Source: Octopus vulgaris
Taxonomy: Eukaryota
Assembly: GCA_951406725.2 (NCBI GenBank)
Contig: OX597832.1
Location: 63,612,001-63,676,000, forward strand
Length of the DNA: 64,000 bases
Direction of reading: 5' to 3'
Shown: piece after piece, positions 48,048 to 58,306 of the stretch
Numbering within the stretch: the first letter of the stretch is position 1
How the letters are laid out: every line of letters begins with the position of its first letter
Notes under the pieces: generated by a model
The model's input: only the letters and a program-made list of their open reading frames with translations
The model's database searches: none
What the model was told of the DNA's origin: nothing
Program-made: the position numbers and the translations under genes

Positions 48048-48203
48048 TACAGAGAGAGAGAGATTTGTGACCTTGTGTGTGTGCGTTTATATATAGATGT
48101 TTTATTATAGGGAATAACTTACATCTACTTCTGTAAATCCCATCCGTACAAGTAATGTTCCTGTACCTCCATCTAATATTTTCATTTTCTCACCTTCCAT
48201 CAT
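35210..48203 (-). CDS. HMT: Gene model (7 exons, about 308 aa): homocysteine S-methyltransferase, MmuM/YbgG/plant-HMT type
   Basis: Exons 48203-48123, 43979-43912, 42930-42764, 41949-41846, 39496-39335, 38084-37882 and 35351-35210 join in frame (927 nt). Hallmark motifs ILDGGTGT, TATYQAS, VAGSVGPYGA..DGSEYTG, AVETFPS, GVNC, PNSGE and IGGCCR are present. Confidence 0.93.
36038..36892 (+). mobile_element. mariner element rearranged into a long-armed fold-back
   Basis: Encodes SAGKIMATVFWD, DNAGPH and PDLAPSDYHLFGPMKEGLRG...NGDYIEK*. Right TIR ...tttttgactcaccctcgTA. 36038-36286 is the reverse complement of 36610-36879. Confidence 0.85.
37882..38084 (-). CDS. HMT: HMT exon 6
   Basis: Encodes DGKQTCGGDNF...AAGVNCTSPEYI...VKPNSGETWN (Zn-ligand Cys in GVNC). 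Borders cttcag / GTAGGT. Confidence 0.92.
38456..38656. mobile_element. mariner-type MITE
   Basis: TIRs cgagggggtgctgaaaagttcctgg / ccaggaacttttcagcattcctttgTA. Confidence 0.65.
39335..39496 (-). CDS. HMT: HMT exon 5
   Basis: Encodes ELKSWHKSRIDLLMEAGVDMLAVETFPSLKEA...WVTFSCK. Borders ttccacag / GTTTCT. Confidence 0.92.
39555..39788. mobile_element. piggyBac-type MITE (TTAA-CCCTTT...AAAGGG-TTAA)
   Basis: Ends ttaaccctttcattac ... gtaacgaaagggttaa. Related copies at about 1204-1420, 2055-2445 (two degenerate tandem units), 8228-8456 and 59370-59595. Confidence 0.7.
41846..41949 (-). CDS. HMT: HMT exon 4
   Basis: Encodes LLVAGSVGPYGACLHDGSEYTGKYM. Borders gcacag / GTAAGT. Confidence 0.93.
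42270..42555 (+). mobile_element. SINE family D (V/CORE-like domain)
   Basis: gtgttcttgagcaagacactttatttcac.ttgctccagttcact..gctgtagaaatgagttgc. Copies at about 20560-20740, 50090-50325 and 50860-51085 (inverted). Confidence 0.6.
42764..42930 (-). CDS. HMT: HMT exon 3
   Basis: Encodes FYLAGSDVVVTATYQASVEGFQKHLKMTEQEAKNLMKIGVNLAKQAR. Borders ttgccag / GTAAGA. Confidence 0.92.
43655..43870 (+). mobile_element. SINE family C (Meta-domain-like)
   Basis: aggcagtaagctgacagaat..ttagca...gagttcaaattcc..gaggtcgactttgcctttcatccttttggg..gataaaataagtacc. Copies at about 147-375, 10915-11040, 13050-13330, 13735-13860, 14375-14540, 34015-34440 (two, inverted) and 54490-54615. Confidence 0.8.
43912..43979 (-). 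CDS. HMT: HMT exon 2
   Basis: Acceptor tttttcag. Encodes EDALFSAKLISTNPEAIKECHK. Donor GTTTGT. Confidence 0.88.
44520..44660 (+). mobile_element. Short RLE-LINE 3' fragment after a (TAA)n run
   Basis: Encodes PLKLEIVRIWSMQTVKGALVIIGELGTVSK. Confidence 0.45.
45480..46520 (-). mobile_element. Merlin (IS1595/ISXO2-like DDE) transposase relic
   Basis: ORF 45515..45850 reads RKYQRG..GHWVFSAVDRDTGKCCLIEVPDRT..TL..II...VLPGT....DEW...VNH. The N-terminal part (WLTSRHMLANTVICDRC) is at 46330-46490. Confidence 0.8.
46122..46330. mobile_element. GG-terminal TIR MITE inserted in the Merlin relic
   Basis: Inverted repeats tggtcccggtgcgcgtactcgc (46140) / gcgagtacgcgcaccgggacca (to 46325), plus inner ctagctagtc repeats. 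Confidence 0.65.
46845..47180. repeat. Interspersed repeat with an internal TTAGGG-like tract (possibly Helitron/Helentron-like)
   Basis: ggatcttttcggtttgaacggcag...ttagggttagttagggttag. The class assignment is tentative. Confidence 0.35.
47197..47265. repeat. Near-perfect 69-bp palindrome (TIR-only mini element)
   Basis: ggtactagtatcgtagactggaccc (25 bp), a 19-nt partly paired centre, then gggtccagtctacgatactagtacc. Confidence 0.9.
48123..48203 (-). CDS. HMT: HMT exon 1
   Basis: Encodes MMEGEKMKILDGGTGTLLVRMGFTEVD. Donor GTAAGT at 48122. Confidence 0.88.
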
Positions 48204-49578
48204 GTTATTATTATTGCTGTTGCTATTTAACGATGTTTTTCATTTGTTCAGACTCTCCTCATGGAGAAGCACATCCGTTAAATATTGTTTTGTAATGTCA
48301 AGTGGACTATTGTATTGCGTGGCACTGCTACAGCAAAATATAAACCTGGACAAATCGAAGTCACTGTATATTCTGAATAAAGCGACACACGATCGATTTT
48401 CTTTTATTGTTAGTGGTTGAGGTGGTAGTAGGGTGGTCTATTCGTGTTTAAGGAAAGGTAAGCTTCTTGTTGAAGAAATAAAAGTGAAATATCACTGATT
48501 CAGGAGAAAACTGGCGCCCCCCATCATATATATTTATATAGAGGGAGAACTAATTTAGTAACCGGGACAAAATGAGTAACTTATAATTTCTCGTTATTTG
48601 CTCCCCATCTGTTTGAAATCATTACATTGCAAGTACTGAATCATAATTCTATACTGTTGTATCATCTTTTGGAGTAAAAATTGGTCAACATAATTATTGT
48701 TGAAGTTCAGAAAGTCTGAAACATAGATGGTAGGTCCCCTTTTTTGAAGTAATTTTCCCTCAACTTTCATCCGATTGTGATTGGGGTTACTAATAAAATA
48801 TCTGGATAATTTTTGGTGTTTAACAATAAATATTCTCCACTATTTGGATTCCAAGTCAATTTTCCCCACACTAATGTCTAGTTTGATCATTTTCAAGTTT
48901 CAAAACATGATGTCTAAAATGGGGTAAAATGAGTAATGTCTAATTTCAATAATTTTTCATTAACTGCATGGTGAGTAAATATGTCACAAAGAGGACATTC
49001 CCTGCAGATCGTGAAGAAGATATAAATAATATTTTATGCTGAGTTTTTTTCTTATTTAGTCGAGTTTCATTAATTTCATCTTGTGTACCATTTTTCCCCA
49101 ACCCCCTTTCATTTGACCTAGATGTTTAAAAATTCCTTTGCATTTCTGATCTTTTTGATTTCTAGGGATGGATATTGACATGCATGGGTCTTCTTTCTGG
49201 AGAATTGATGCAGCAAATTTACCTAGCCAAATTTGTCTTTTATATGCTCAAAGAGAACAATGATAATTATCTGAAATAGTGATCAGAATATGTTATAATG
49301 CTTCTAATGCATTTAGGAAAAGCCGTTTGTTTAGCTGATATAGTTTTTGTAAGGTAGAGAACATTTGTAAAAAAATATATTTTGTCTCAAAGTCTATCCT
49401 TCACGTACATCATATTTGTATGGGACTAATTGTATTTTTTCTTTTCTTAAATAAGGAAATATAAAATGCTGAATTTCTCAAATTATAAAAACTGTATTTG
49501 ATGACATAAAAAAACACAGGTAGGTACCCCTGATTTCAGCTGTGCATAATCAAGAAAAAAGTTTTTAAAGCATTAAAG

Positions 49579-50390
49579 CAGTGATTCTCAACAAGTGTCC
49601 ACGTGACCCTTGTGGGTAGGGGTCCATATAAGATTTTGTTGCCAAAGTTGATGTAAAATAAATTGTTTATACTTTTACAATACACAAAATATTTTGACAA
49701 TAGTTTTTAATTATCAAAACATTATGGGACGTTTTTCAACATTGATTTTTTTTGTCTTGCAAGTACTTGGTGACTCTGTCAGTGCAGGTGCCACTTAAAA
49801 GCACCCAGTCACATTGTAGAGTGGTTGGTATTCAGAAGGGCATCCAAATATAAAAACCTTGCCAAAACTGACCTCGCCTGTGCTTGTGTCATGTAAAAAG
49901 CACTAAGTCCACTCTGCTGAGTGGTTGGTGTTAGGCAGGGCATCCAGCTGTATAAAATCCTGCCAAAACAGTCACAGAAGTCTGGTGCAGGCTTCAGCCT
50001 GGCCAACTCTTGTGAAACCATCCCACCCATGCTAACATGGAAGGTAGACATTAAACAATGATGATGCTGATGAATGTTTATGAGAGTAGGGAGTTCAATT
50101 CCCAGACTGGGCTGTAAGTTGTATTCTTGAGCAAGAAACTTTATTTCATGTTGCCTCAGTTCACTTAGCTGTAGAAATGAGTTGCAATGTCACTGGTGCC
50201 AAGCTCTATTGGTTATTGCCCTTTGTTTGGATAACATCTGGTGTGGAGAGGACGAGGATGGTATGCAGGGGCAACAGCTGGCCTTCCATAAACAACTTTG
50301 CTCAGAAGGTAACTTTCTAGGTGTTTTATCTTTACCTGACTAAAATAGGAATTAAAGGGGTCCATAGGCAAAAAATGGTTGAGAACCATG
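49579..50390. mobile_element. hAT/Charlie-type non-autonomous element with nested SINEs
   Basis: TIR-like ends cagtgattctcaac / gttgagaaccatg and repeated ggggtccata subterminal motifs. SINE pieces inside (about 49750-50070 and 50085-50320). Confidence 0.55.
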
Positions 50391-52160
50391 TTATTGCACA
50401 TTTAAAACCTAGGGTGATTTTTTTGGAAAAATAGAGCATCTGATACGTTATCAAATATAATAAATTCATTCGTTTTATGTCCATTTTTCCCCATGGATTA
50501 GTAGAATACGTTGCTTGAGATATTGATGTCCAACCGGATGCAGTTCCTGATGCTAACACTTGTTTGTCAAGTGAAAAACCCCTCATTGCACATAATGTTC
50601 AAATGCCACCACAATTTGTCAACAGGAGAAACTGACAACACCTGCTGCCCTTATATACAAGTGATTGAAGCCCCATTTTCTTCTACCTCTAATGGCACTC
50701 TCCCCATGGTTTCTCTGCTCCTCCCCTTCTTCAATGTTTCTGAAGATTCTCCCTTCCATCCATAATTGTCCTTATAATGTTGGATAGTCCTATATACCAT
50801 TCTACAAAACATACTCTATCATCATCAACCCTGAACATTGTTGTTTTGCGTTGTAGGGCTCAGAGAGCCAGTCAACTGGTTTCTATGGCATATAAGGGAC
50901 CAAGTTCACAACAGTCCTCTTGAACAGGATGGAACTCTGTCACAGGGTTACTTGTTGACAGCTGAGTGGACTGGAGCAAAGCAAGAAGAAGTGTCTTGCT
51001 CAAGAACACAATACACACCCAGCCTGGAAATTGAAACCCTGATCTTATTACTGAGTGGAATACTTAAACCACTAGGCCACATGACTTGGACCCTACCCAG
51101 AAAATACATACGCATAAGAAAGAAAAACCAAACAAACAAAACTTGATTTCTTTGCAAATTTATTAAAATTATAATAAATGTAATAATTTTCTTTTAAATG
51201 AAAAGTAAAAAAAAAAAGACTAGAAATTCAATATGAATTAAGAAGCAGTCAAAACAAGCAGCATTTTTTATCTTTCTTTTTAGAAGCTGATGTTGCAGCA
51301 ACAACAGATAGCATATACATACACACATTCTTGAGTCACTGGAATGGTTAGAGGTTATTAGGATCTTCATGAAAGATTATTTTTAAAATTCATTCTTCCC
51401 AAACAACAATTCTGGGTTGGACAAAGCTCTGAATTTTGGATGTTTGCATGACATTTAAAATTTTTTTTTCCTTTTGAGCAGATAGTTCATGACAACGATT
51501 TTTTCCAGCCCCTTGTATTTGTTTTGTCAATGTGGGTTGATTACAATGCCAGGAAAACTAATTCCCGTTTTGTGGACTCCGAGCAAGTCACATGAATAAA
51601 AGAACTACCTCCTTAAGTTTCACTACTTTAACTGTAAAAAAAAAAAAGTTACTATGGAAACTGAAAGAGCCTTAGAGTTGTCATGAGCCCTAAGGACTCA
51701 TAAGGCCTAAAGCTTCACTGTTTCCATTGCATATGACAGATTACAATGATCCCTCCTGGACAGGATGCCAGTCCATCACAGGGTTAACTCTCCAACACAT
51801 ACTGGAAATGATTTATATAGTTGAGCAGACTTGAGCAAAGTGAAATGAAGTGTTTTGCTCAGAAATGCAAAGGCTTTGCCTGAAAATGCAATATTCTAGC
51901 CATGAGACCATATTCCCTCACAAATGGGGGAACAAAAGAAAAGGACTAAAGAAAACCAATCCTCATCAAAACTGAATGAAAATAATAAAAAAAGTAAAAA
52001 ACTTTTTGAAAATGTTAATGAGATGTTATGTTCTTTTCCTGGCATTAATATCACATTTGGTAGATACAGATAAAGAAAGAATTTTATTCTCAAATGCAGG
52101 ATAATGCTAATATAGCATGAATAGGATAAACTATCCATATTTTGCAGGAAAATGTGTCAG

Positions 52161-52234
52161 TGGCCAGCCATGAGACTTGAACTCACATCCCTGTGATTAT
52201 GTGTCAAGTACTTTACCATTAAACTAAACTGCCC
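52161..52234 (-). pseudogene. tRNA-like pseudogene or isolated tRNA-derived SINE head (CAT in anticodon position)
   Basis: Minus strand gggcagtttagtttaatggtaaagtacttgacaCATaatcacagggatgtgagTTCAAgtctcatggctggcca. It has A-box and B-box and a T-arm GTGAG/CTCAT, but the acceptor and anticodon stems are mismatched. Confidence 0.45.
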
Positions 52235-54813
52235 ACCAACAAATTCTTCTGCAATTTTAGGATATATAAATCTAGCTTTATAAGATGCTATCGTACGTTA
52301 AATTCAAAACTGTGAAGTTAAGGATGTTTGAATACCAGATACTGATCCCATAATGTCATATGTGTAAGTTCAAATCTTATTTCAGTCCTAGTGTTTCTTA
52401 TCCATTTTAGTGAGGCACTGGGGAATCAGTAAAAAATGGCAACTTTGCATCAAAAGTTAAAAAATTTCTGGCATGCATTCTATCATCGTCATCATTTAGC
52501 ACCCATCTTCCATGCTGGCATGGATTGGATGGGTTGACCGGAACCGACAAGCCAGAGAACTGTACCAAGTTCTACTGTCTCTTTTGGCATGGCTTTTTAT
52601 GGCTGGACACCCTTCCTAATGCCAACTACTTTATAGGGAAAGTTTAAAAGTTACCAGCACACTTTTCACCGCAGGTGCTTTTAGGAAGTTTTAAAAACTC
52701 TAACCAATGATACATGAGAAATATTTTTTCAGGATTTCATAATCCAAAGTTAATGACAAGTGTTGAATATATGTGATTATTATAATATATAATTTTGAAT
52801 GTTATCTTCTACTCTGTCCATAATGTGGCTAAATGAACAATTGCATAGTTTTTCTAAAGGAAATCTAGCAAATCTTACAACATTACCAGATCTATTCATG
52901 AGATGGATTGATGGCATCCTCATCACCATGATAATAGTAATGCACAACTTTCTGTGCGTGCATGGATCAGACAATTTATTGAGGCTGATTATATATAGCT
53001 GGATGCCTTTCCTGCTGATAACCCTCACCTATCTCCTTATGACCAGACGTTTTTCATGAAAGACTGGAAACAAACGTTACTTATAAAATGGTGATGCTCA
53101 TTTTCACAAACATCACATGATGTCAAGACAAAGCTCCACCCACACATATATACAATGGGATTCTTTCAGTTTCTGTCTTCCAGATCCATTCAAAAGGCTT
53201 TGGCTGGCAGTGGGACTGAACCCATAACCACATGGTTGGGAGGCAAGCTTCTTAACCAGACAGCCGTGCCTACACCTATAAATATTTATATATGTGTGTG
53301 TGTGTGAGGGCACATGGCCTAACGGGTACGGTGTTGTACTGACTACCTAGTAATTGTGGTTTCAATTCCTACACCTTGTGGTGTGTTCTTGTGCAAAACA
53401 CTTCATTTCACTTTGTTCTGCGATTAATTTGGCAACATCGTGTGTTATGGAATGTCTGAGCAGGAGACAGACTTTGCAAGTTGAATTGTAGATGCAAAAC
53501 ATGTAAGAACACCCCCCCCTCCCAAGTGGCTTCTGCCATGTGTGTGTGTGTATAATGATGTGGACCATGGCTGGTGATGAAACCCGTTTTAATTCATGCC
53601 AGTATGGGAAAAAAACACCCATCTAAAATTATCAAATGATGATGATATGGAAATGATTATCTTTTTAAATATAAAATTATATCATATACACACACATATA
53701 TATATTATGCATGTAAGTATTATTTTTAATGGGCAGAAGTTACAAAGGGACTCAGAAGCCAAAATCTTCAGGCATGGCACTTATTAAACTGCCTTCCATA
53801 CATGAAACTTTCTATCTATCTATCTAGAAAGATATATATATACAGATAGATAGATAGGCAGACAGATTAACTAACGAGATATACATACACACACAAATGT
53901 GGTTCTAAATGCAGGTTTTTTTTTAACCATTACCATCATGTTTTGGTTTGTTTGTCACAGTTAAATTTTGATTTAGTCTTTTTTTTTTAGGTCAGTTGTC
54001 ACATGTTAATTAGTTCTGTCACACCAAAGCTAATATTTTTTTTAGTAATTGCTTTGAATTTGCCACTCTTTGGTCATCAAACTCTTCAGATGTGTGTGTT
54101 GTGTCTGCAAGTTATACCCATTCCCCACCAAACTTAATTTCGATGGAAACTAAGTCCACATTCACAAATGGAATTAACAGCAGACAAGCGTTGTGAGAAA
54201 TCAATGATGACTTGCAGCAAACATTTTTTTTGGTAATGGCATCAAGTTCTTACTTACATTTGCAAAATTCACACATATCGAAATTACTGCCAATAAAATA
54301 ACAACAAAGACAAAAATAAAAAAAACAAAACAAAACAAAGCAACAACAAACATTCCCCCCCACTCCTCTCCATTACTGTAAAAACTTAAACCCCAATTTT
54401 CACAGGAAGAACACTGATATTAAGAATGACTCAGAGATTCTTGTGTGGCACTGAGTTGTGTAGGAATAAATATTAGTTTCAAGTGTTTTGGCACAAGGTT
54501 AACAATTTTTGTGGGGAGGGGTTGAGTCAATTACATCGACTCCCCAGTATTCAACTGGTACTTATTTTATCAACCCTGAAGGGATGAAAGGCAAAGTCGA
54601 CCCTGGCGGAACTTCAATGCAGAATGCAAAATTGGAGTAAATGCAGTTCAGCATTTGGCCCGGTGAGGTACCTTGAGGGTAGGAATAAAACATTAGACAC
54701 AGTCACCACAAGTTGTTTCAATGCAGAGGTTTCTTCACACAGTTCAGACATCAGGATCTCTTTATATGTGTGTGCGTCTGTGTATTCATTATTTTCTCTC
54801 TCTCGTCCTCCTC

Positions 54814-54846
<33 letters not shown>

Positions 54847-54865
54847 AGCAAAACAAAGCAGATTG

Positions 54866-54937
54866 CTAAAACGATAAGCTTTCTTGTTTGGATGCCGTGT
54901 GACTCCAACTAATATTTATATCCAGCAACGACACAAC
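54866..54937 (-). CDS. LTO1: LTO1 exon 5 (last)
   Basis: Acceptor attttcag. Encodes VVSLLDINISWSHTASKQESLSF then a stop. Confidence 0.9.
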   Translation of the reverse strand, partial: VVSLLDINISWSHTASKQESLSF

Positions 54938-57900
54938 CTGAAAATAGAAACAAATAAACAACAGATTAAAAATATAGGTAAAAAAAAATTGGTAGAATTG
55001 GTAGAAAACTGGACAAAATATCTTAGGGCATTTTATCTTTTTTCTTTTATTTGTTTCTGTCATTGGACTGTGGCCATGCTGGAGCACTGCCTTGAAGAAC
55101 TTTAAGTTGAAGGAATCAACCCCAGGGCTTATTTTCCCCATTTTTAAACCTGGTACTTATTATATTGGTCTCTTTTGCCAAACTGCTAAGCTACAGGAAC
55201 ATAAACACACTAACACCAGTTGTCAAGCATAGCTGGGGAACACAGATGCAAAGAAACTCACACACATAATGGGCTTCTTTCAGTTTATGCCTACCAAATC
55301 CACTCACAAAGCTTTGGTCGGCTCCAGACTGAAGTGGAAGGTACTTGCCCAAGGAGTCATGCTGTGGGACTGAACTAGGAACTAAGTGTGTTGGGAAGCA
55401 AGCTTCTTAAGGCAGATTTTGTACAGCTAGATGCCTTTATAGTTGCTGAGCCTCACCAGGTAAGGAAATATTTCATTCTGGTCAGACATGTCTTTCAAGG
55501 AAAACCAGAAATGAACAATTCACTTGCAATGATAGCAACATTCATTTACAATTGTCACACAACATCAAGACATATCTATACACACACAACAGGTTTCTTT
55601 CAGTTTCCATTTACCAAGTTCACTTACAAGGTTTTGGTCAACACAAGGTTATAGTAGAAGACAATTGCCAAGATGCTACACGGAGGAAATGAACCTGAAA
55701 TCATGTGCTTCTGAAGTACACTTAACGACGGAGCTACACCTGTGCCTATAAAGTTATAGAAAGAAATCACACTCTAAGCAAAGAACGTAGCAGGAAAGAC
55801 AAACCTTTTTAAATCTTGCTTGGATCATTTTCAGGTCTGTGACACACGTGCTATTCACAGTTCCAAGAGGATATTTACCAAGAAGAGTTTGCAGAGACGT
55901 TAATGCCTTGGAAGCTCTAAAATGGAAAAGAAATAATATATATTTGCATGTATGTATTTATATATACATATAAATGTATTTAAGCATCTTTTTTTAAAGC
56001 CAAATCAAATGCAAGTTACAAAAATAATACAGGTCAATGGTTTTACCTGGTATGTCAATGTTACAGGGTTAGCCATTGTTCAGGAAATCTTTGTAGAAGC
56101 GGTGTCATTAGCTCACTTCTCTTGTCATGTTTTGTTCTCTACCACAGTCGCCTGCCACTAATACAGCAACCACAGACACATTATAGTGCTTATCCCTTCC
56201 CAACACTCACCATATATCTACATCAAATCACAAAGGAAAAAGAAATCAGCTAACAACATTATTTCTCCAAAGATTTCCTGAGGAAGGGCTCCTAACCCTG
56301 AAATATTAGGTATAATCATCAACCTTATTATTTTTATAACTTGCATTGTTTTGTCTTAAAAAAATTAAAAACATTTATATATATGTGACAATACTTCATG
56401 CAAACTATACAAACGTTAATATATATATATATATGATGGACTCCCGTAGATTTTGATGTATGAGAGTTTTGTTTGATCAACATTAGTTTCTTGGTGTATT
56501 ACAAGAATCTATTCTTCAAACAAAAACAAAGGTCCACGAACATCAAAAAGAAAAGAAAGAACAGAAAAAAAAAACTATTATAACAAGTGTTTAGCTTTTG
56601 TCCTTTAAGATTGAGTGTTCAATTCCTCCAGGATTGATAATGTGTCACAAACAAGCAGAACAGAGGGAATACGAATTGCCCTGGAATAAAAGCTTAACAC
56701 TTTGAACAAGACCTTTAGTTAGTTTGTTAATGGGAAAAAGAGAGAGAAGGGTTTGAACAGCTTTTTATTGCACCTTTGAACTGCTTTTACTCTCACAAAA
56801 TTTTAGTTTCATCAGATGCAACTATTTATAGGGTTGAGAAGATTGGAGTGGCTGGGTATAAAGTGTGCCAAGAGAAGATAACTGTGTTGTGATATGGGCA
56901 GAGAATGAGTATTGGGGAGAAGTGTGCACTATGTGCGTGTGTGTTGCATTGGTGACAATCAATCATGGGAGAGAAAGAAGCAAGAGGAAGTGAGGCCAGA
57001 CTTCAAAACTCACAGATGAGTATCTTCATTACCATCGTTTTAACACCTACTTCTCCATGCTTGCATGGGTCAGACAGCATATACTGAGGTTGAGTCTCTA
57101 TTGTCTCATTCCCTTGCTATCACTAATCACAACCCTTTTCCAAACAACGTAATATTTCCTCACAATATTTTTTCTATGAAAGACTGGCAAAGAAAGAGCG
57201 AGGGCGTGTGTGCACACACACACATACATACAAGGCCTCTTTCAGTTTCTGTCTTCCAAATCCACACAGAAAGTTTTGGACAGCCTGGAGCTTTAGTAGA
57301 AGGAATTTACCCAAGGTACTGTGTAGCAGGACTGAGCCCAAGTAAACTTCTTAATCACACAGCCACAGCCATGTCTTCATTGACCACACTAGGACTTCCT
57401 TATCTAACACGTCCCTCCTGTTTTTAAGATGGTGGAATACGATTTGAATGACGTTTGGTTATTATTTCTAGCAGGTCAAGTGTCTAATCACATAGTGGTT
57501 GCACCAGTGGCCCAGGGTAGATATTCAGATCACAACAGTCGTGAAGTATCTGGTTTAGTACTTACTTCTCTTTAGTATCAGGAGATTGGTCAAGTAACGC
57601 CAACCATGTTGAGACAAATCCCTTTAGGAAGCCGATCTGTAAAGAGTAAACAAGAACACTTCAATGAGATTGTGTGTGCACGCGAGGTCATCCTTAACAT
57701 CATCATGACTCTACAGTTCTATATTTAAGATATTATGTACATTATTTACATTTGACGGATATTTGTTATTATCTTGTTTGTTGCTAACACATTTCAGCTG
57801 ATGTACAACAACGATGAAGACAAATATCCGTCAAACGTAAATAATGTATCATCATGACTGTTTCAGAGTCCACTCTTCAATGCTTGCTTTGGTCAGAAAG

Positions 57901-58265
57901 AATTTGTTGAGGCAGATTTTCTATGGTTGGATGCCCTTCCTGTTGCCAGCCCTCACCTATTTCTCCATAACTGAACATGTTTTCACAGAAGACTGGAAAC
58001 AAGGGACTCTGCTTGTATGAAGGTGACACTCATCCATAACCAGCGACACTCATTCATAACCAGCCTATGATGGTAAGACAAAGAAACACACACATATATG
58101 GCAGGATTCTTTCAGTTTCCGCTTACCAAACCTACTCACAAGATTTTTGAGGAACAAACAATGTTTCCATCTTTCTGAAAAATGCCTGTTAAGGTATTTA
58201 CATTTTAAATCTAAATCTTGCAGTGATTATTACATTATTAAACACCATCTGTGTATTATTCTTAA

Positions 58266-58306
<41 letters not shown>

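Noticed and set aside
35210-48203. Bacterial contamination or recent horizontal transfer of mmuM
   Set aside because: The gene has six canonical introns filled with host repeats, and this HMT type is known in other animals.
52161-52234. Functional tRNA-Met
   Set aside because: The acceptor, D and anticodon stems are mismatched. Kept only as a pseudogene or SINE head.
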